DNA from: the human T2T-CHM13v2.0 reference genome, Homo sapiens
Reading direction: 5' to 3' (one strand)
DNA length: 64,000 nt
NCBI RefSeq assembly: GCF_009914755.1
Contig: NC_060940.1
Position numbers and translations under genes: made by a program. Below are positions 50,772-64,000 of this stretch, one piece after another. Position 1 is the stretch's first letter, and each line of letters begins with the position of its first letter. The notes beneath the pieces are model-generated. The model did no database searches, was not told where the DNA came from, and saw nothing but the letters and a program-made list of their open reading frames with translations.

Positions 50772-51236
50772 GGAATGAATAAATTGAATAAATTGAACTA
50801 AGGAAGGAATGTATGGACCTTGGCCCAGAACCTTCTTAGAAACTGCCCCCCACCTTGCCCCAGGCTGCCTCCAGGCTTTGGAGATGGGCAGACCTGTATA
50901 CCAGTCCCCACTCAGCCACTTCCCACCCAGCACCAGATGGGGATGGTTTTTCCTGAGACCATGTAGATAAAAACTCTTAGCAGCACTTGTGCCGAGGGTG
51001 AGGGAATGAATAAATTGAATAAATTGAACTAAGGAAGGAATGTATGGACCTTGGCCCAGAACCTTCTTAGAAACTGCCCCCCACCTCGCCCCAGGCTGCC
51101 TCCAGGCTTTGGAGATGGGCAGACCTGTATACCAGTCCCCACTCAGCCACTTCCCACCCAGCACCAGATGGGGATGGTTTTTCCTGAGACCATGTAGATA
51201 AAAACTCTTAGCAGCACTTGTGCCGAGGGTGAGGGA
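50772..51236. repeat. Tandem duplication, 2 x 231 bp, one mismatch
   Basis: Copies start at 50772 and 51003; the only difference seen is T50856 versus C51087. Confidence 0.97.
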
Positions 51237-51588
51237 GCCATGGGCATGGGTGGGCAGGGAGACAGGTGCATCCCTAAACATAAGCACGAGTACACCTTCC
51301 TATACAAATGCAAGACCTCTCATTCCAGGCAGGGCGGGCTCCCGGCAGCTGTTCCCACCAAAACTGAATTAGCCAATGCTGAGCATGGAATGTTCTGGCC
51401 TGGATACTCATGGTAGAGAGAACAGTGAGTGCCTCCTCCGTAGCTCAACCCCAGTGAAGTGGTGGAGGAGCCATGTGGAGCTGTGTGTGCCTTCACAAAC
51501 CACCCCTCGGAGGTCTCTATCCCCAACCTCAGCTGATTCCAGCCCCTCAAGAGGGAACAGGGCAGAAATACCAGCTGTGGAGCCAGAT

Positions 51589-51664
51589 CCTGTCTGGTTG
51601 TGAGACCCAGGGTTCCTGCCTGGTTGTGAGACCCAGGGTTCCTGCCTGGTTGTGAGACCCAGGG
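51589..51664. repeat. 26-bp minisatellite, ~3 copies (CCTGCCTGGTTGTGAGACCCAGGGTT)
   Basis: Units start at 51589, 51615 and 51641. Confidence 0.95.
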
Positions 51665-51999
51665 CAGAATGTGCTCCCCTGAGCAGCCTGTTTCCCTTTA
51701 TGGACAGTGAAGTGATTGAACCCTCAATCAGTTGGGCAACGCCAGGCCCCAGTGCAGAAAGAGAAGAATCTGGATAACAGGGACTGGGAGGGGTTTGTGT
51801 CTCCTGCTCCTTGAACCTCTAACCAGACCCGATGCCCATCCCAGCTGGCTAAATCTGGACCCTCACATTAACACATCATGGCCACACACTAGGGTGGGGC
51901 AGTGAGCCCCCATCCCTCAACTTCAGAAATCCTTCCAGCTCCTGAAGCGCCCAGATAGGAGGAAAGAGAGTCAACAGCCATGACTATCAGGAAATAGCC

Positions 52000-52005
52000 T
52001 TTATT
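52000..52005 (-). terminator. RRAD: RRAD poly(A) signal AATAAA
   Basis: TTTATT on + about 370 nt beyond the stop codon. Confidence 0.85.
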
Positions 52006-52375
52006 ACAAAAATCTGCATGTAAACAAATAGCTACCGCACTGAAGAGCCTCCCTCCAGGGCAGGCACACCCGGGCTGTGAAAAAAGGCAGAGTCCTCTCC
52101 CGGCACGCAGGCCTGCCCGGCGGCTGCGCTGCGGCTGCTTGGGACGCATATGAGCCTGCGCATGCATCTCTGTGGGCCCAGCCCTCACTGGCCCCTGAGA
52201 GCCACTTCGCAGGGCAGCACTGTCTATCTGTCCATGACCATGAGGTTGGGGGTGCCCGGCTGGCAGCTCCGAGGGACCCAGAGTCTGAGCCTGCTCTGAG
52301 GCACCCGGGGCAGTTGGCTGGGCCAGCCCACCAACCCTTCCGTTCGTCTCCCACCATAGTGGGAGCGGGTGGGAC

Positions 52376-55479
<3,104 letters not shown>

Positions 55480-56591
55480 CGCGTCCGGGACCGTCTAGGG
55501 GATCAGGAACCCGAGTGGCCGTGTAAGCCGCGAGGGAGGCGGGACCCGGGGCGCACCTGCCCAACCCGGAGTCAGGCGGGATGCTCCGGCCGAGGTCCCG
55601 CCGCAGCCCTCCCCCAGCCCCCAGGTCGCGGCGCCCTCACCCGGGACCCCTCCGGACCTGGCGCATCCATCTGCAGCCGCCCCGACCCCGCTCCGCCAGG
55701 ACACTCACCCACTCGCACACAGACACGCTCAGGACTAGGATCCGGATTAGGAGGCCACGCACTCGTAGTCCGGACTCGGACTTTAGGGTTTCCGCCGCCG
55801 CTGCTGCTGCAGCCACCGCCTTCTCAGCCCGCACTGGGCTCTGGCTCCAGAGCCGCCTATTTAAGCCTCCACCCGCCCCCGCTCCCGCCCCCGGTCCACG
55901 CTGCTGCGGGGGCTGACGTGTCTGTCCACCCCCACCAGGGGAATCCCCCACCCTCTTCCTCGGACCTTACATCCCCGACACCCCGCCCTACCCGCCAGGG
56001 GAGTAGCGGTAGCTGTCTGGGAATAGAGGGGCTGACCGGTAGGCGAGGTCCGGAGCTGAGGGTGTGTGTGAGAAGGAGAGAGAGAGCGAGGTTGCGGGGG
56101 GAGTACGTGATGGGGAGGCAGGCAGCGGGGTAAACCCAATCAGCCAAAAGCAGCAACTGCCCTCTGGAGAAGAATTCGGTCTGGCCCCGTGAGACTGAAT
56201 TCTCCCTTTCCTCTCCCCAAGTCCCGGCTCGTCCTTTTAGCAAGTAAGCTAGTTACAGGCTGGACAGAGATCCCCCTTCTCTGCCCATGACACCCACTCC
56301 CCATAGGCTCAGGTCTGAGCTAGAATTTAGGGGGTGTCCTAAATTCACACAAAATCCTTTCCACTCCCCATCCTGGAGTTGAAGATTCTCCCTAATGAGC
56401 CTAACCTTCAGTGTGAGGGTTGGTGTCACCCCATGAGCCCCTGGGGGCCCTGAGAGGGCTGTTGGGGGTGGGGGCAGCTCTGACAGAGTTGCAGGTGGAG
56501 ATGCCTGCTTGAACCCTGGGGAGGATACCCCAGCCCAGAAGAGGGAAGGGATTAAACTCAGTCCCCATCCCACCTCCCAGCACCCACCAGG

Positions 56592-56619
56592 CAGCTGCCA
56601 GCAACTCTGCTAAAAATAA
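56592..56619. promoter_or_regulatory. RRAD: E-box (CAGCTG) plus MEF2 site (CTAAAAATAA) upstream of RRAD
   Basis: Exact YTA(W)4TAR match at 56610-56619, 12 nt from a myogenic E-box; fits the known muscle/heart expression of RRAD. Confidence 0.6.
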
Positions 56620-58383
56620 ATAATCTGCCCCAGCCCTGGCCCTGGCCGTGGCTCTGGTTATTCTGCTCCTGGACTGGAAGTTGCCCAGAGTTGGGGAAAT
56701 CCAGGCCAATGGGTGTTGAATGCCAGCAGGAGCCAGCCACTTCGAGTCGTCAAGGTCTCCCTTCTTCCCTCTAGCTGTAGGCTGAGCCAGCCACCCAGGG
56801 CACATCCAGGGCCTGGAGGTTCAGGCCCCCACCCAAAAGGGGCATAAACACAGGGTGTGGTCAAGGCATGAGGAGTGTCTTAGCTCCCTGCTCATCTCTC
56901 AGGGGTCTGAGGGTTGCAGGTCAGGCTGTGAGGTATTTTGTGACAGGGACCTGCTATCAGACTGTGACATCTGATTGTGACAAGTGTGGTGGGGGTGGGA
57001 GGGCATCCATTTGGGGCTCAGGTGACATCACAGATGGATGGACCCTGGTGGGCTGTGGTAGGTTGTCATGGAGACCTGGGCCAGGCTCTTTGGCTGCTGC
57101 ATCAGTTTCCTTGGCAACGCCTAAGAAGGCCTTGGATTGAGGAGGGCCTGGCTCGGTAAGATTAGGGCCCTCTTGTCCTTGAGGTCTTCAAAGTAGGCAA
57201 AAGCTGGGCTGAGGGGTGGCCTGCCCATGGTCCTAGGGGATCTTGGAGGCCTGAGCATCCCCATGCTGGTTCTGGCTTCCTGAACGAACTCCAGTGGGAA
57301 GAGGAAGTTATGGGCAGAGCCTCCCGTTAGCAGGCAAGTCTAAAGAGCCACCACACACTTCCCATGAGGAATCCTGGCTGGGCTGCCTGTGCCCCCTCCA
57401 ACCCCATGACTGTGCCACTGGAAAGAGCCTCCTCTGGGTGTCTGGCAGAGGGCGAGGGTGGGGGGTAGCTGTGGCCCTTCCCAGCAGGGGGCCATGCAAA
57501 GAAGGAGGGCTGGGTTTCCCCTCTGGCAATCTGAGCTCTTGACCTCAGCAGTGTTTCTTCATTGCCAAGGGAACTGCAACCACAAAGGGCCACTCAAGCC
57601 CCAGGCATTCCAGTGGCTGCTCCAACAGGCCAGAGACACTCACCACAAGCTAGATATGGCCAGGGGCCCCAGGGATTAACACCAGGACACAACCTTGAGA
57701 CACCCCCACTCCCACCACCTGGTTCTCCCAGCTCTCTGGGCTGAGCATGGCTGCCCAGGAGGAATAAACTGAGGCTAGAACCACTCCTAGGTCCGCCCGG
57801 GCTTCAGATCCCAGCTGTGCTCCTTGCTAGCTGTTTCACCTGTGTCCATTTATCTAGGCTGAGCCTCAGTTTCTCCAGTGTAGAACAGGGATCACCTCTT
57901 CCTGATGGTTATTATAAGACAAAACAAACATGAAATGCAGAGGCACAGTAGTTGGCTCAAGTCGGGCACACAGTAATATCTCACTAAGAGCACGTTTATC
58001 ATGATCATCCTTCGTTGGATGGGGCAGGTTAGGTGAATTTGTGGTCCCTCTCCTGTTTCTGCTCCACTCTCTCCAGGATGGTGGTCTGTCCAGGAGTGGG
58101 GCAGAGGTCTCAGGAACAATGCAGATACCTCTCCCCTAGCCCCATACCCATGTCTCCTCTCTGTAGGACCCCACACTCTTCCCCGTCCCTCAGGTGACAA
58201 GATGCTGCAGAGGGAACTGGGCTGGGCTTCAGTGTCCCCACCCCCTCCTCACACCACAGCCTTCAGGCCCCAGAGCCTCTGCTGTGTTCTAAGGCCCAAT
58301 GCATTCATTCATTCCGCGGTCCTGTACTAAATACCTACTGTGTGCCAGGCCCTTGTGCTGGGGGCAGGATGATGAGCAAAAAT

Positions 58384-58413
58384 AGACATGGCCGGGCATG
58401 TTCATACATGTCA
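58384..58413. promoter_or_regulatory. RRAD: p53 response element, three contiguous half-sites
   Basis: AGACATGGCC|GGGCATGTTC|ATACATGTCA versus RRRCWWGYYY, ~2.9 kb upstream of the RRAD ATG; RRAD is a known p53 target. Confidence 0.8.
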
Positions 58414-59180
58414 TCTAATCCCTGGGTCAAACTCAGCTATGATTTGTTGTTCCCATTTTGTAGACATGGTAACCAAAGCCTGAGGAGTCACAGGCCAGAA
58501 ACAGCAGAGCCAGACATACCTGGTGGAGGGTTTCAGGAACCTCAAACTTCACCATCCCCTGTACCCTTGTGTCCTCAGATAGCATCTGGGGTTCCAGAAA
58601 GTTCCCTGGGCACTGGCCCAGGATGCACAGATGGTGGCCCTGCAGGCAGCCAGGGGCCAGGCACTGATGAGTCAAGAGTGACAAGAGAACTATCTGATAT
58701 GTCAGCTGTGGCATGAGCAGTTTGGTGTCCCTCACCCACCATGGCCTGGCTGCCAGGAAGGCCAGCCAAATGACTCAATCACACCTGCCGCCCCCATGAC
58801 TCCCTTCATCCCCAGCTCAACACAGACACCATGGCCACCTCAGACAGGGACTGTCCGGCAGAAGGTACACACGTCGTAGGGTGTGAGGCCTTCAGCTCGG
58901 GAAGGCTCCCTGGGGCTCAGCTGTTCACTCTGCCTCTCTGGAGCCCTCAGCTTCCTCATCTGTGCGGGATACAGTGCCTAGATCATCAGAGCTAGGCCTA
59001 GACCCATTTAAATCTCCCAAGGGCAGTCCCAAGTGGTTGCCATGACTATCCCCCTCACAGATGAAGAAGCTCTGGGCAATAGGGGCTGATGGCTTCACCT
59101 CTCTGATCTTAGGTAGCCAGATCCAGCACCTCCTCTTGGTCATTAGGTGGCGAGGCCACTCCCTCCTAAGAGTGAGCTGA

Positions 59181-62025
<2,845 letters not shown>

Positions 62026-62379
62026 TCATTTTCTGATCAGATAAAAGTATTGTGGCTATACAGGCTTATATTGACTATAGGAGCTGCAGTACTTCAAAGT
62101 GAAGAGTCAAGTCTCTGCAGCTTACTTACTGATATTTATATATGCACACATAAATATGGCCAGTGTTGCAATATGTCAACAACTGTTGACTCTACTGGTG
62201 GTGGTGAGCATACAGGCACATTCGTACACTACTCTTTCCATTTTGATTTTATTTTACGAAAAGTTGCAAGTACACCACCCTTTAGAGGCACTTACTACCA
62301 CCATCCCCCCCTCAAACTCCAAATGACTCCACCAAGATGAAAGACACCAAGGCATGCTGGGAACTGAATATAAATTAAC

Positions 62380-62385
62380 TTTATT
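62380..62385 (-). terminator. CIAO2B: CIAO2B poly(A) signal AATAAA
   Basis: TTTATT on + about 120 nt beyond the stop codon. Confidence 0.85.
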
Positions 62386-62502
62386 ACAAAAAGCAAAATG
62401 TTAGTTTCTCATTGTGAGTGATTCAAGAAAACAACGGTAACAGCCCTGGCAGGAGCTGGGACCAGGATACCAGTATGCAGGCTGAGGGGTCAAAGGCCAG
62501 GC

Positions 62503-64000
62503 TCAGGAGCGGGCTGACAGGCACTGATTCACAACCTCCAAGAGGTGGGTGTTCTCCAGGGCAGCTGCCACCCGCTCCTTATCTGCAAGTTGCTTGTTCA
62601 CTAGGTGGGAAGAAGGGTGTGGGGAAGGCAGAGTCAAAGCTAGGCTCTGGCCAGAGTGCTAGCCAGCCCTACCTCTGAACCTCTATATAGGATATGTCCC
62701 CCGCAGCAACAGAGCCCTCCTGTCACCTCCTTCCCAGGACCCCACATATTGATCAGGCTACTTCAACCACCTGAGCCCACCTAATCTGCCTTCTTAGGAT
62801 CCCTCCCCCTGGCTGCCTCCTGCGCTGCTGAAGCCTGACACACTCTGGTCCTGTATATTTGGTGAGAGGGGATTTGGGAGAAGAGGACATGGTAAGCAAA
62901 GGAGAGTCTTCTCAGGCCAGCTTCGGTCTAGGCTATAACCCATACTGAGGAGTCTCTGGCAATTTCACTCACACAGTTACCCATCTCCAGTCTTGCCCAT
63001 AGACTCCTGTGCAAGGGGGAAGCCTCAGACTGCTTAGGGGGTGCCCGGGCCAACACCCTCACCACCAGTCCACACTTACCTGCATGCTCTGAGGCATGGG
63101 TCCCCGGAGTAATGTGCACGTCCATCTGGGAGGGAGATAACCAGGGCCTGAACACCCACCCACCGACCCACACTTTTCCCTGCAGCCCCCAGACCCTCAG
63201 GCACCATCTCCAGCTGATCCTTCCTCCTAATCATGCCTTTGGACTCTGGCCCTTCCGTTACACCCCAAACCCATCCACAGGTATTCCAATTCTTTTTTTT
63301 TTTCCAAGACTGAGTCTTGCTCTGTTGCCCAGGCTGGAGTGCAGCAGCGCAATCTCGGCTCACTGCAACCTCTGTCTCCCAGGTTCAATTTGATTCTCCT
63401 TCCTCAGCCACCCGTGTAGCTGGGACCACAGGCACACACCACCACGCCCCACTAATTTTTGTATTTTTAGTAGAGATGAGATTTCACCATGTTGGCCAGG
63501 CTGGTCTCCAACTCCTAACCTCAGATGATCCACCCGCCTCAGCCTCCCAAAGTGCTGGGATTACAGGCGTGAGCCACCGCGCCCGGCCCTAGCTATTCCA
63601 ATTCTATCCAAAGAACTGGCCCACTACTGTTGATTTAAAGGCCTGCCTGTGCCCCACCCCTGGTCCAAACCCATCTGCCGCTCCCTACTGCCCTTCCTGC
63701 CACACTCTTCAATACTTTTCTCCACTTTCCAGCTCAGATCTTTATTCTTGTCACATCGACTTGGAAAGCTTCCTCCCAGTTTCCTCTCTGCTAATGGGGA
63801 TCCTTCCAGGCCCCACTCTGATGTCCTATCCATGTTCATGCTCTCCCAGTCCCCATCCTCAGCAGTAGACCCTCAATGCCTGGTCTCACTCCCGGGGCTC
63901 AGCTCCAACTGACCTTGAAACGCTGAGGAAGGGAGCGCAGAAGCTTGACCTTGATGGACAGACCAATAAGGGTGGCCATGCTGCAGTGCGGAATGGTTGG
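62503..64000 (-). CDS. CIAO2B: Cytosolic iron-sulfur assembly component 2B (FAM96B/MIP18), 3' part; the 5' end lies beyond the window
   Basis: Exons 63914-64000 ([29 protein letters not shown]), 63080-63125 ([15 protein letters not shown]) and 62503-62600 ([21 protein letters not shown]) join in frame; DUF59 PTIPHCS motif. Confidence 0.95.
63293..63588 (-). mobile_element. Alu in a CIAO2B intron
   Basis: TSD TATTCCAATTCT on both sides. Confidence 0.9.

Noticed and set aside
50739-51287. 182-aa ORF with two identical 77-aa repeats
   Set aside because: A by-product of the 231-bp duplication being a multiple of 3; no recognisable domain or splice context.
51589-51664. CRISPR-like array
   Set aside because: Head-to-tail repeats with no spacers, in a eukaryotic context.

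Overview
Primate (almost certainly human) genomic DNA: Alu-dense, and contains an AluYa5. The gene order matches what I recall for chr16q22.1. Genes reconstructed by reading GT/AG junctions and frame: PDP2 (+, single coding exon 14593-16182, 529 aa; CpG-island promoter ~10.6-11.6 kb; long Alu-rich 3' UTR to ~21.4 kb), CDH16/Ksp-cadherin (-, 17 coding exons 48365-38692, 829 aa), RRAD (-, 4 coding exons 55479-52376, 308 aa) and the 3' part of CIAO2B/FAM96B (-, runs off the right edge). I see no convincing new protein-coding gene; almost all other ORFs in the track derive from Alus, low-complexity DNA or antisense shadows. The most unusual structures are: (1) two 437-bp HERV-H LTR7-family solo LTRs inverted and convergent only 244 bp apart; (2) an Alu in CDH16 intron 3 carrying a ~100-bp templated copy of CDH16 intron 1; (3) a near-perfect 231-bp tandem duplication between RRAD and the CDH16 promoter; (4) inverted Alus in the PDP2 3' UTR lying behind proximal poly(A) signals; (5) an orphan CpG/CTCF element next to a ~460-bp polypyrimidine tract. 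Repeat family names come from recalled consensus sequences, not from a search. I cannot claim an established new biological system; these are candidates to test.
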